Below, in pieces: positions 1-10,500 of a stretch of DNA of 64,000 nucleotides. Where the stretch lies: contig NZ_MWPH01000006.1 of NCBI RefSeq assembly GCF_002177135.1, positions 5,955 through 69,954 on the forward strand. The letters are read 5' to 3'. Below the pieces are notes generated by a model that made no database searches, was not told the DNA's origin, and was given only the letters and a program-made list of their open reading frames with translations. The DNA comes from Natronolimnobius baerhuensis. Lineage in GTDB: Archaea > Halobacteriota > Halobacteria > Halobacteriales > Natrialbaceae. The first letter of the stretch is position 1; every line of letters begins with the position of its first letter. Made by a program: the position numbers and the translations under genes.

Positions 1-21
1 TCTCAAAGCAATACGACATTA

Positions 22-702
22 ATGGATGGATTAAAACCCTTCGACACATATTCCTCTTTCACCCATATATTTTTGTACCTTTTGGGCATCCCTCTTTGGA
101 TATTAGTATACTCTGGCATGAGTCGAATAGTAGTTGGAGACGGGGTGGTGATCGCTACCTATGCAGCAATCAGTGCTGCATTAGTGATGGGCATATATTA
201 TTGCGTTCTATTTATTATGGGTGTTGGTTCACCGGTAGGAAATATCCTCGCACCGGCAGGTATTACGCTTGCTATGCCAGGAGTTGTTTACCGTACACTA
301 CTGCCAGGTGGCGTAGTGAACCAGAACTCCGTGGTGCCAATTTTAGAAGGTGAGGTAGGGATGCTAGCTTTTGCGATTGGTCTTGGATTCCCGCTTCTTA
401 TATTACCATTATATTATTTCTTCCATTCAAAACCATCTCAGTGGGAGAAAGAAGTAATGCCAGATGGATTTAGTTTTATTGAATATGTGCTTACCACTGG
501 ATCAGACACATCGATACAGAATATTGTGTCAATCCATCCAAAAGCAGGTACTGTTGGTCTTCCACTATTCTTTCTTCTTTTGTTCTCTCTTGGATTCACG
601 CTAATACTCGTCTCAGATCAATATTACATCAATGCCGGAGATTTTACTGGACTATATATGGTTATTTTTAGTATAATATTTATACTAGTAGTTAGAGAAT
701 AA
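22..702 (+). CDS. hypothetical multipass membrane protein (AT-rich island)
   Basis: 226-aa ORF with 5-6 hydrophobic helices. Low-GC codon usage differs from the rest of the window. Confidence 0.5.
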   Translation: MDGLKPFDTYSSFTHIFLYLLGIPLWILVYSGMSRIVVGDGVVIATYAAISAALVMGIYYCVLFIMGVGSPVGNILAPAGITLAMPGVVYRTLLPGGVVNQNSVVPILEGEVGMLAFAIGLGFPLLILPLYYFFHSKPSQWEKEVMPDGFSFIEYVLTTGSDTSIQNIVSIHPKAGTVGLPLFFLLLFSLGFTLILVSDQYYINAGDFTGLYMVIFSIIFILVVRE

Positions 703-847
703 ATTGTGCCCTATGGGTTAGTATTTTCCATTTTACATTGGTCATATTAGTTGAGGATCACAACAAATAATATTCAGGAGAAAATAATATGAGAAAATAA
801 ATTGATATCTGTGTCACTCGATATTGGGAGATAATATATTCACCAAT

Positions 848-1168
848 TCAAATATCTGCTTTTTTTGCACGGTTAAGATAAGATTCAATAGAATCAATGT
901 CCGATACACATGATGCTTGCGCTGAATTTGGTATCTTATTCAATGAATTGACCAGTCCGTAGAGTCCATTGAGCCAGGTGATGTTCTGTTCAATCTGCTC
1001 GTTTGCATCTACTTCATTTATTTTCCCTTCCTCAATCTTTTCCACTAAATCTTTCAGATCAGTTGTGTCGTCTGTGGCGTCGCCCCTGAATAAGCGACCA
1101 TCTCGAAGGGGAATATCGACCGTTATACGCGTACTGTCACCTTGATCACCGTCCGGTCTTGTTTCCAT
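848..1168 (-). CDS. hypothetical small acidic protein
   Basis: 106-aa ORF in the AT-rich island. No recognisable domain. Confidence 0.3.
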   Translation of the reverse strand: METRPDGDQGDSTRITVDIPLRDGRLFRGDATDDTTDLKDLVEKIEEGKINEVDANEQIEQNITWLNGLYGLVNSLNKIPNSAQASCVSDIDSIESYLNRAKKADI

Positions 1169-1363
1169 TATGAAAGATACTTTACACTACCAGTTAACCA
1201 TTATTCACTCCAACAAGTGAGTGTGGATTCATAGCAACTGTTTACAAGATATTATGTAAACTAAAAAGAATATTTATGCATAATGGTTACTGAAAATCCT
1301 GAAGAGTTAGCCTGAGCAGGAATTAATAAGACTGCAGTGAAACACTATACCGAGACATAACTG

Positions 1364-1993
1364 ATGGAATTTTTAGACAGTGGTGACATTCGGATAAATC
1401 GAGATTTGAACGCGCTCGACGTCTTAGCGGGTGATGTGAGCTCGGCATTATCTGAGCAGGGAATTGAGCACGTCCTTGTCAGTGGCTATATGGTCGTTTT
1501 AATGGGTCGATCTCGAGGGACAGAAGACATTGACACTCTGATCGGGATAAGTGACATCTCAACAGAGACGATTGAAGCCTTGGCTGATGAACTCGAGAAT
1601 CGTGGCTATTGGGGATCAGCAATGCCTCTTTCGAGTATGAACGAGATGTTCCAGCATGGAGATCCGATTCGAGTCGCTCGTGACGGCAAGCGAATTCCAT
1701 CTGTCGAATTGAAACCGACGGATCTTAGTCACGTATCGTTTCAAAACCAGCGGAGAGCAATCATTGGATTAGATGACGGTGACCAAATCCATCTTCCGAT
1801 AGTAGCCCCTGAGGTGCAGATTGCCTACAAACTCGATATGGGAGGGAACGTGGATTTCGAGGATGCATACTATCTGTTCAAGATCTGTAAAGGCGAATTG
1901 AATAGCGAACTTTTAGAAGGAATGGTCTCTAAGTATGGTGTAGAAGGTGAATTCCATGAGCTCAAACGCCAAGCAGAAAACGGATCGGTCTAA
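1364..1993 (+). CDS. hypothetical protein, possible nucleotidyltransferase-fold
   Basis: 209-aa ORF. Segment 'VSGYMVVLMGRSRGTEDIDTLIG' resembles the G[SG]x9-13DxD signature of minimal nucleotidyltransferases. Weak. Confidence 0.45.
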   Translation: MEFLDSGDIRINRDLNALDVLAGDVSSALSEQGIEHVLVSGYMVVLMGRSRGTEDIDTLIGISDISTETIEALADELENRGYWGSAMPLSSMNEMFQHGDPIRVARDGKRIPSVELKPTDLSHVSFQNQRRAIIGLDDGDQIHLPIVAPEVQIAYKLDMGGNVDFEDAYYLFKICKGELNSELLEGMVSKYGVEGEFHELKRQAENGSV

Positions 1994-2222
1994 CAGACAT
2001 ATCGATCCTGATCGTCTGGCGCGACGGCTCGACGCGATTGATCAGTGGGTAGCGCATATCAATTCGACCCCTGCCCCAGAATGGGGTGCAGAACTGAACA
2101 GTTTAATAAACTCACAGGTTAGCGGGGCAGAAGCACTCTCAGAGGCTCGAGGAGAGGATTTCCCACAATTTGATCACTTCGACCCAGACGCAATTCGCGC
2201 AGCGGGTCAGTCAACTGATTGA
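1947..2222 (+). CDS. hypothetical protein
   Basis: 91-aa ORF overlapping the 3' end of the previous gene. No domain recognised. Confidence 0.25.
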   Translation: MNSMSSNAKQKTDRSNRHIDPDRLARRLDAIDQWVAHINSTPAPEWGAELNSLINSQVSGAEALSEARGEDFPQFDHFDPDAIRAAGQSTD

Positions 2223-2531
2223 TCTGCAAATATAGAATTGCCGTGCCTGCTCAGTAAGACACCGACCGTCTCGCTGCCCACTCACTCATTTTGTCTGTGA
2301 TGACGTTATCGCCGTTCTGTGAGCACGTTAACACTTTGGTCCCACCTATGTGATTTGATTGGAGTTTGTCTGAAGCGATTGGCTATTCTACGTTTACAGC
2401 CCGCACGTCGCTGCTCCCTCGGTGTGCTTACGGCTCACTGCATTCGCCGTTCGCCTCGGATGACATCGTAGTCGAGGCCAGTCTGCACGAGCATATTCAT
2501 CGCTGCAGTAACTGACGAACGAGGATGTCAT

Positions 2532-3140
2532 TCACTTCGCGAATCCGGATTGAACGATAGCTCGATAATCTCTCCAGCTTCGAGTTCTGTCTGCTCCAGC
2601 AATTGGAGGAACTGCCTCTCCCTCTCCGCCACTCAGCACGCGAGCTCTGACGGTCTTGTCGGACTGCTCGAGTTTTGCATCGATAGCGTCGAGTCGAGCG
2701 AGGAGTTCGGCCTCGAGCGACTGTTCTTCGAGTGAATCAGTCTCAGCCACCGACTCTTGTTCGCCAGTTGTGACGGCATCGGAACTCGTGGATACATATG
2801 GATCTGCCGCAGTCCGTGCAAACGTCGCCTTGAGGGCGTCGAGGTTAACGCCTTCGGCCTCGAGAGTGATCGGTTTGCGTCGGATGACATCCAGTGAGGT
2901 ATCCACCTCGAGAGTCTGTTCCTGTAGCGCCTCCAACTGGCGTCTGCGAATCCGAGTTGCAGTTGCCTCCGCGATCCACCCAGGGGCGTTCCAGCGTCCA
3001 TCTTCGTAGAGTCGGTGGACATTCAGGTCATTCGTGCCCCAGGTGAAACATCGATCAAAGCGGCATTGGAACCGGTTGAGCGGATCGCCTCTCGCGTGCT
3101 TGATGAGGCCGATCAACTTGACAGTCTCGAGGTTGTCCAC
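2532..3140 (-). CDS. hypothetical protein (uncertain; antisense to Orc1 remnant)
   Basis: 202-aa ORF. Its 5' end overlaps the Orc1/Cdc6 pseudogene on the opposite strand. No motifs. Confidence 0.25.
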   Translation of the reverse strand: MDNLETVKLIGLIKHARGDPLNRFQCRFDRCFTWGTNDLNVHRLYEDGRWNAPGWIAEATATRIRRRQLEALQEQTLEVDTSLDVIRRKPITLEAEGVNLDALKATFARTAADPYVSTSSDAVTTGEQESVAETDSLEEQSLEAELLARLDAIDAKLEQSDKTVRARVLSGGEGEAVPPIAGADRTRSWRDYRAIVQSGFAK

Positions 3141-3757
3141 GAGTTGTATGCCGTCAATGGGCTGATGTTGATGTCATTTCGAACAAGCCGTGGCAGGCAT
3201 CCAACCCAGAGAATCCGCGGCTGAACTCGCGTGTTGGTTCGCTTCAAGAGATTCCGTTTAGCGCCTACAGCGATTCACAGCTCGTCTCAATTCTCGAGCA
3301 GCGCACACAGGCCGGAATCGAACCGGGTGTGGTCTCACAGGATAACCTCGAGTATATCGCCCGGCGCGTGGATGGGGATGCGCGGCAGGCAATCTCGCTG
3401 TTGTATCACAGTGTTCGGAACCTCCAATTTGGCGACCGGGTGGAACTCACCGAAGCGGCGATCAACGATGCCGAACCCGATGCAACCCGCCATATCGTTC
3501 GGTCGCGTCTCTTGTCGCTGTCGCGCGACCAACGCATTGCGCTTGAGTGTCTAGGAGAAAACGGGCCGTCAACGAGCGGTGAGTTGTATGTGTGCTACCG
3601 CGACCGGGTTGACGATCCGTGTACGAAACCCACTGTTCGGGGCTGGATGCCGAAATTCGGGGGGTATGAGTTAGTCGTCAACAAAGGGCCGTCGCACGCG
3701 CCGCGTTATCGCGTGTGTGAGCAGGTACTCGAGGAATTGGACTACAAACCAATATGA
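3015..3757 (+). pseudogene. Orc1/Cdc6 remnant (N-terminally truncated, frameshifted)
   Basis: Frame 0 (3015-3224) gives 'VLDEADQLDSLE...LYAVNG' (Walker-B/sensor region). Frame 2 from ~3122 gives 'SNKPWQASN...RVGSLQEIPFSAYSDSQLVSILEQR...RRVDGDARQAISLLYHSV' then a winged-helix C-terminus. This is collinear with the intact Orc1 at 42436-43770 ('SNVGSRAVSSFTPEDVHFNDYDANQLREILYHR...HGDARKAIDLMRTAG'). No Walker A lies upstream. Confidence 0.7.
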
Positions 3758-3782
3758 GGTGATGTGATCAGTAGAGTTACTA

Positions 3783-4268
3783 TTACATATGTGGGAGAAA
3801 GAGAATTATCAATGAGATTGAATTAACAACAATTGTTGTGACGATGATGCCGATAAGAGACCAAAATACAAAACTCCCAGCTTGAGCTGGTGCAATACTC
3901 CACTGATGATCAAACACAAAATATGGGGCCGTGCTAAGGATTGCGACACATGACACTATAAGAAGGAACGATATTATTGTTAGACCTATATTTTTACTAG
4001 CCAATAGCCACCTCAATCCTGTTTCTGACTGTTTGGTTCGAGTCTGGGTTATCACATATATATGAATTATCGCATAGAGTGATATTGATCCAACAAAAAA
4101 AGTTACTCCAATTACGAATGGAACATCAGTTGCTGAATTGGAATATCCTAGTCTGTCCATAGTATACCAGGCGATAAACGATACGAGTCCAGCAATAAGG
4201 ACAGAGGTTGCGAGTTTCTTTATATTTAATGAAGATGCCATTTTGAGATTTGTAGCCATTTTATTCAA
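3783..4268 (-). CDS. hypothetical membrane protein (AT-rich)
   Basis: 161 aa with 4 predicted TM helices. Low GC. Confidence 0.45.
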   Translation of the reverse strand: MNKMATNLKMASSLNIKKLATSVLIAGLVSFIAWYTMDRLGYSNSATDVPFVIGVTFFVGSISLYAIIHIYVITQTRTKQSETGLRWLLASKNIGLTIISFLLIVSCVAILSTAPYFVFDHQWSIAPAQAGSFVFWSLIGIIVTTIVVNSISLIILFLPHM

Positions 4269-4474
4269 TCTAATTGAAAGATTATTCCTATATAGTATTT
4301 ATTGTTGAGATAGTTCCATTAAATATCTGATGTGAAGGGTCATAAAGTATGGGATATTGTCACAGCTTGTCTTTATTTTAAGTTCGTTTTATAATAAAAA
4401 GTATAAGTCGAATTTGTACTTCTATCAAATCTAGAAAATCTAAGAGTGATCTTAGTTAATTAATCATCATTTCA

Positions 4475-5020
4475 ATGGTGTTGTTAATGGTGAGTTCTGT
4501 GGTATCAATGCCGGCGCTCGCAAATTCCGGATCTCCAGCTGTCAATTTAGAGAATACTCCACTTGGTCACGATAACGGAGGCCCAGGACATACTCCACCC
4601 GGCCACGATAACGGAACCCACAATGAATATTCTATCCCAGAAAGTAATCTCACAGTCCCCTCACACATTGAAAACGCTACCATAGATGATGTTGAAAACT
4701 TGACTCCGTTGGAGAAACGAGTCTGGGCTGTTATGAAACTCGAGACAACTAAACCATCAAATAACAAAGCGGCTCAGCAATTAAAGCGAGCACATGAAAG
4801 TGTGAATGGATCACTTGAACGATTCAAACGCACAGAGACGCCCTTCTCGAGGTTCTCGACGAGCAGGAGAGAGGACAGTGACGCTCGAGGGGTCAGTCGA
4901 ACGAGAGCAATTGCACGACGACGTGGTGAAGATCCAATTGCAAAAACACATACAAGATATCGATGCCTCAGTTGCGGTAATCCTCGGTATCGACGACTTT
5001 CTTCGTTTCGTCGTGGGTGA
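4475..5020 (+). CDS. hypothetical secreted protein
   Basis: N-terminal signal-like 'MVLLMVSSVVSMPALANSG'. Repeated 'GHDNG(G)PGHTPPGHDNGTHN'. The 3' end overlaps vapC and may be shorter. Confidence 0.35.
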   Translation: MVLLMVSSVVSMPALANSGSPAVNLENTPLGHDNGGPGHTPPGHDNGTHNEYSIPESNLTVPSHIENATIDDVENLTPLEKRVWAVMKLETTKPSNNKAAQQLKRAHESVNGSLERFKRTETPFSRFSTSRREDSDARGVSRTRAIARRRGEDPIAKTHTRYRCLSCGNPRYRRLSSFRRG

Positions 5021-5369
5021 GGTCGCCATCTGTTGAGACGACTGGTGCATCCAATTCTCGGCCGACCGCTGCCACAATCGCGTCGACACCGTCAAGGAAC
5101 GGTCCCTCTGGCCCGATCTCGTCAGCGATCTCTCCAGCGAGAACGGCCGTGTGTTCGTCAACTGCGTGCTTTTCGGTCCACGCGAGATCTGCGCGAGCAC
5201 CTTCGACATCCCCAGCTGGGAGATTCCCCTCACCAACTAATACCTCGGCGTACGCTGGAACAGGAACAACCCACTGTTCGGACTCGTCGCCGTTAGCTTC
5301 GTAAAACTCTTTGACCGCCTCATCGCCTTTGAGGTAGTCGATAAGAAAATTCGCGTCGAGAACCTTCAT
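4968..5369 (-). CDS. vapC: PIN-domain toxin (VapC family)
   Basis: 133 aa. 'MKVLDANFLIDYL' N-terminal acidic residue plus conserved D/E pattern, and C-terminal 'VVSTDGDL', are typical of PIN ribonucleases. ATGA start/stop overlap with the upstream antitoxin. Confidence 0.8.
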   Translation of the reverse strand: MKVLDANFLIDYLKGDEAVKEFYEANGDESEQWVVPVPAYAEVLVGEGNLPAGDVEGARADLAWTEKHAVDEHTAVLAGEIADEIGPEGPFLDGVDAIVAAVGRELDAPVVSTDGDLTHDETKKVVDTEDYRN

Positions 5370-5629
5370 GCGTCCGCGTCCTCACCCGCATCGCCGGCCA
5401 GTCGTCGCATTCGCGCTTTCCGCTTCTCCTTTGCCTGTTCTCGCTGCTCGCGAACGCGCTCGGCCTGGTCATCTGACCACCGGCCAAAACCATCGTAGAA
5501 GTCACCCTCATTGTCTTCGTCGAGGACACGCTCGAGAACGTCGTTATAGGACTCTCCCTCGTGACGGCGTCGATCAAGGATGCGCTTCACTCGATCGCTG
5601 ACTCGGATCTGTTCATCGGCGGTTGCCAT
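5366..5629 (-). CDS. vapB: antitoxin partner of VapC (ribbon-helix-helix-like)
   Basis: 87-aa charged protein immediately upstream, with a 4-bp overlap with vapC (5366-5369). This is the usual haloarchaeal VapBC arrangement. Confidence 0.65.
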   Translation of the reverse strand: MATADEQIRVSDRVKRILDRRRHEGESYNDVLERVLDEDNEGDFYDGFGRWSDDQAERVREQREQAKEKRKARMRRLAGDAGEDADA

Positions 5630-6252
5630 GTCACGTCAACGTTCGCGTTGACAGGATTTAGTCGTTGGGTTGGTCCTCCGAAAGAGAACGCCACTGTGAC
5701 AGCTCTACCCGTCTTTCCAAACTCACTTTTGCTATTTTTCACCTCCTGTACAGCTATTGTTCCTGTTGTATACGAATCCACAGGCCGTCCTCGAGTTTAA
5801 ATACGAATACGGGGCCAATTCCTATAGCTCACTGGATCAGAGAGAACAGGCTCACAGAGAATTGCGTCCACGTGGAGAAGCGCTTCCTGCTAACGATCCC
5901 GAACTCGAGGAGGCTCAGGAAAGTACACGGAACGTCGGTTGGTGCTGCCCGCCGATGCAGCAATCCCGGGTGAAACGGGAGGTGAAGAATAAGAGCCGGT
6001 GACAGCTGGTGTCTTCGGGTGACCGGGGACAGTGGGTTCCAGGACGCCTCGAGAGAGGCCTAGTGACTCTCTGAGAAAACTAACTGACAGGACGAACGCG
6101 GGTTGTACGAGGGTTGGTTACATTCGCCGAGTAGTAGCGTATTCGTCTGTCAGTAACCCACGACTGAAGTCGTGGGCTTCCTCCTTGCATTTCTGTGAAC
6201 CGCCTCGGATTCAAATCCCCAGACACTTGGCCTGCTCCGCCTGTAGAGTACA

Positions 6253-6294
6253 GCGCACACCTCTCTCAGTAGTGCGCACACCTCTCTCAGTAGT
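6253..6294. repeat. perfect tandem duplication of 21-bp unit gcgcacacctctctcagtagt (x2)
   Basis: Read directly: 6253-6273 and 6274-6294 are identical. They sit in a 680-bp non-coding stretch. Confidence 0.9.
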
Positions 6295-6310
6295 GGGGAG
6301 TTCGTGCGCG

Positions 6311-7351
6311 TCAACTCCGGTTCTCTAGGAGGTCTTGGATCGCGTAGTACGCGGGCTTAGGATTGAAGTTTTCGTCGAAGAGCAGTGGGTCGGCCGTCAC
6401 GTCGTAGCGATTCTGAAGCCAAGTACCCGCGTCGTGGACGCCCCACGTGACGAGCGTGTTACAGCCGTTGTCGAGACACGCCTCGAGGACATCCCGATAG
6501 TACTGTGCCTGGTGTTCGAGGCGATCGTCGAACTCCTCGTCGGGACCGTACGCGACGTCCATCTCGGTGACCTGGACGTCCAAGCCGAGGTCTTTGAAAC
6601 GACGGATGTTTGCGCCGACCGCTTCGGGATCTTCTCGAGTGTGTTGATACGACGGAAGGGAGTGCATCTGGATCCCAACGCCGTCGATCGGCACACCACG
6701 CTCGAGCAGACGTTCCAGGAGGTCGTAGACGGCGTCGGCCTTGTCGTTGTCTGACGCGATCTCGTAGTCATTGTAGTAGAGATCGGCGTCCGGCGCGACG
6801 TCGTTTGCCCACTCGAAGGCCTTGTCGAGATACTCCTCACCCATTGCCTCGTACCACATCGTCTCGCGCATCGACCCGTCATCGGCCACCGCTTCGTTCA
6901 CGACGTCCCAGACGTCCACCTTGTCGTGATACCGGCCGGCCACCGTGTGAATATGATCCCGGACGAACGCCTCTAACTGGTCGTCGGTGTAGTCCCAGGC
7001 GAGGAACCACTCCGGGGTTTGCTTGTGCCAGAGCAACGTGTGTCCCCGGACGGTCATGTCGTTCTCGACGCCGAAGTTCACGATCGCGTCGGCGTCATCG
7101 AAATCGTAGACCTTGGGTTCGGGGCGCAACGGCCCCATCTTCAGCGCGTTCGCTGTCGTAACCGCGTTGAACTCTCGCTTGAGCGTCTGTGCGAGTGTCG
7201 GATCGTCAGGATACTGTCTGAATGATCGAGCGGGAACGCCTGCCCCAATCGTCACGCCGTTCTCGTCGGCCAGTTCGCGGAGTGTCTTGTCACTGGACAT
7301 TCGCAGATACGCGAGCGCGAGGCGACAAAGCCGTATGGATACCGGAAACAA
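6311..7351 (-). CDS. glycoside hydrolase family 10 endo-1,4-beta-xylanase (no signal peptide; likely cytoplasmic)
   Basis: GH10 hallmarks: 'TLLWHKQTPEWF', catalytic 'VTEMDV', 'TWGVHD'. The likely true start is 'MSSDK' at ~7300. Confidence 0.8.
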   Translation of the reverse strand: MFPVSIRLCRLALAYLRMSSDKTLRELADENGVTIGAGVPARSFRQYPDDPTLAQTLKREFNAVTTANALKMGPLRPEPKVYDFDDADAIVNFGVENDMTVRGHTLLWHKQTPEWFLAWDYTDDQLEAFVRDHIHTVAGRYHDKVDVWDVVNEAVADDGSMRETMWYEAMGEEYLDKAFEWANDVAPDADLYYNDYEIASDNDKADAVYDLLERLLERGVPIDGVGIQMHSLPSYQHTREDPEAVGANIRRFKDLGLDVQVTEMDVAYGPDEEFDDRLEHQAQYYRDVLEACLDNGCNTLVTWGVHDAGTWLQNRYDVTADPLLFDENFNPKPAYYAIQDLLENRS

Positions 7352-7512
7352 TATTGTTACAGATGAACCCTTGTGGGATTAGTCCGAGGAAAGAATGACA
7401 GTTGACAGTCCCCTCTGCTTGACCTCCTCCCGCGCCTAAAGTCGCGGGAATCCCACCATGGAATTTCAGGCCGAGCGCGGCCCTAAGGTTTCAAGACGCA
7501 TACTGACGAGAA

Positions 7513-10500
7513 TCATCGATTCTCGAACCACTTACCCTCGGGGCGATTCGGATCTCGGAACCGCTGGCCAGCGGCGAGGGAGACGACGATTGCCAGTAAC
7601 GTGATGCCAACACTGAACCCTGGTGTCCCATCCTCAACAGCGTCGGTCGTACCATCCTGATCGTTATCGCCGGCGCTCGAGTCATCACCATCTGCATCCA
7701 CGTCGGACGCCTCATCAGCATCCGTGTCGTCGGCAGTCGAGTCGGGATCGTCCACGTCAGGCGTGCCGACACCGACCCCAAACTGCGAGAAGCCGTCGAC
7801 AGCGGCACTGAAGCGTATGTTGTTATCCGCCTCGTCGAGTACTGTCGTCTCGAGTGGCCGCCACTCAGTAGTGTCTGAATCGAAGTGATACAGTGAGACC
7901 GCATCGATGTCACCGTCGGCGGTCTCGAGCGCTTCGGTCGGAATAGTAAACTCGATTGTCGCCGATTCGAGCTGGTCGGATTCGAAGTCGGTGGTGATCT
8001 GGAGGTAGCCACCCGCCTCGAGACCCAGATCCAGGTCGCGAACGTCGTCGGTGGTCGGGGTGCTGGCCTCACGGATCGTTAACGCCGTGTCGATCGAGTC
8101 GGAGAGTTCAATGTCGAGTTGCTCGGTCGTCGCTACTGGGCGGTCCTCGGCTGTAGTGTCGTCAGTGAAGAACCGGAGTTCGATCGTTCGGGTATTGCTG
8201 AATTCAAGGTGTGATTCGGAGATACCGTCGCTAACGGAGGGAGTGATGTCTGCTCGAAGCTCATCACCCACAGTGCGAACCGATGTCGTCTCATCGCTGT
8301 CTACTGCTGTGCTGGGGCTGCTCGTCGCGCTTCCGGTGGAGGGCACAGCTTCGACGGTCACCGTTGTCGGAGCGGATTCAACCTCGTTCAGTTCAGCAGT
8401 CACCTCGTATTCGCCAGCGGCAGTTCCCTCGAACGTGCCGTTGTCTGCGTTCGTCCAGTTGAACGCGGTGTCGTCATCTTCGACGACGTTCCCGAATTCG
8501 TCGAAGGCAGTCGCCACGAAATCGACGGTCTCACCAGCGTCGATTGTCTGTTCTGCGGCCGGATCGAGTTCGACCGACGCTACGTCTCCGGGCTCAAAGG
8601 TGACAGATCCCGTAGCGTCGATTGTGGTCTGCTGTTCGGTAAAGACGATTTCGACGGCGTCCTGTGCCGTCGTCGAATTCACCGCGAAGGTAACCTCGCC
8701 GTCAGCGTCGGTGGATGCAGTCGTCGTCGTCTCGTCGCCGTTGAGATGAAGATCGGAACCATCACTGCCATCGGCTTCGACGTCGACGTTTGCGACCGGG
8801 TTGTCGTTCGCGTCAGTGATGACGACGGTGTAGGTGATCGCGCTCTCGCCGTCGGCGGCGATTGTCTCGTTGGCGGGATCGGCAGCAATTGCAACGTCAG
8901 CGGGGTCGCCCGATTCGAACGTTACGGTGGCGTCTGCAGTTCCCGCATCGGACTCGCTGAACTCGAGAGTGTACACACCGGCGTCACTTGAGGTCGCGGT
9001 GAACACTGCCTTACCGTCTGAATCGGTCTCACTGGTCTCGCCAGTAAGATCTTCGAGCCCATCGGCGTCGTCTACCTCGACAGTTGCCGCTTCGACGGGG
9101 CTTTCGAACGCGTCCGCAACGGTCACCTCAATCTCGACTTCTTCATCGTTGTCGGCAACCGCCCCGTCAACGGTCACGGTCGCGTCGATCTGCTGGGGGA
9201 TGGTTTCGACGGTCACCACCTCGCTGTCAGTGTCGTCGCCGCTCGTCACGGTCACGCTTCCCGTGCCGGCGTCGCTGACTACGGTGTCCCATCGTAGGGT
9301 ACGTTTTTCGGAGTCACCGCTCTCGAGTGTGATCGCTTTGGTGTCCTGTTCGTCGCCGTCGAAATCACGCAGTTCGACAGTCCGGTCGCCGTCTGCACCC
9401 CAGTTGGTGACCTCGGAGGTCACCTCGAGGGTGTCGCCCTCGCCGACTGGTGCGTTGGTATCGGTGACGTTCACCCCGTAGAACGGCTCGATGTCTTGCC
9501 AGGCGAGCGCCGGGTAGGTGTTGGTGGCATGCCAGGTGCCATCGGTGCTCTCAGCGGGGAACTCGAAGTCGGACATGAGCGCGGTAGCGTTTTCGCCGGT
9601 CATCTGGGCGGTGGTGAAGCCTTCCCCACCCCCGGCCGAGTCGTCTTGGCCAGTCGTTTCAGTGTCCCAGTAGGAGTCTTCGACATCGCTTTCGGTGTCG
9701 TGGAAGCCAACCAGCCCGCCGGCCGTCGTTCCGTTGACAGCGCCAGTGGCGTACGACTCGCTGACTGTGCCTTCGGTGTTGTAGCCGACCAGCCCGCCGA
9801 CAAAGTTTCCGTCGACAGTGCCAGTGGCGTACGACTTGCTGACTATGCCATCGTTGTAGCTGATCAGCCCACCAACAACTTCCCCACTTCCTTTGACATC
9901 ACCGGTTACGTACGACTCGCTGATCACGCCATTGTTATAGCCAACCAGCCCGCCGACATAGTTTTGACCGTGAATGTCGACATCTTCGAGTCCAACCTTC
10001 TCGATGGTTGCATCGTCTGTGTACCCAAACAGGCCTATAACGTCCTCGTCGCGGTCAATTGTGAGATTCGAAATCGTGTACTCGCTGCCGTTGAACCAGC
10101 CCGTGAACTCCTCGCCGTCCTCACCAATTGATTCGAATCCGTGACCATTGTTAACCGCTGCATCGGCCACGTCGTCGTAGCCAGCCGTCTCCGTGTCAAG
10201 GTCGTTCGTCAGCGTGAAGTTCGAATCGAGGTTCTCGCGCACGTTGTCGAGATGGTACCAGTCTTCGATTACGTAGGGGTCATCCTCGCCGTCGCCGTCC
10301 GCGTATAGCGTGGCGTTCGGTGCTGGGTCCTGTGGATTGTCTTGGAGGGTAGGATAGTACTCGAGGGCTCCGTCGGCAGAATCACCCTCGGATACGTCCC
10401 ACGACTCCTCAAAGTCAAATTCCATGCTGTCTTCGGCCCTGTCGCCAGTCATCTCCACAGTGGTGAGTCCCTCACCGTTGCCGCCAGATATTGATTGACC

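Noticed and set aside
5017-5304. 95-aa and 87-aa plus-strand ORFs overlapping vapC
   Set aside because: Antisense to a PIN-domain gene with good motifs. R/S/P-rich.
6195-6225. tRNA T-arm-like 'cggattcaaatcccc' in the 5630-6310 gap
   Set aside because: Flanking sequence cannot be folded into an acceptor stem plus D and anticodon arms in either orientation. The stems flanking the TTCAAAT loop do not pair.
6397-6882. 161-aa and other long ORFs antisense to the GH10 xylanase (6335-6754 +, 6397-6882 -, 6610-7161 +)
   Set aside because: Low-complexity R/S/T/P-rich translations typical of out-of-frame reads of high-GC coding DNA. The xylanase frame has clear family motifs.
8051-9481. 232-aa and 215-aa plus-strand ORFs inside the GLUG surface-protein gene
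   Set aside because: S/T/V-rich antisense artefacts. The minus-strand frame carries a signal peptide, repeats and PGF-CTERM.
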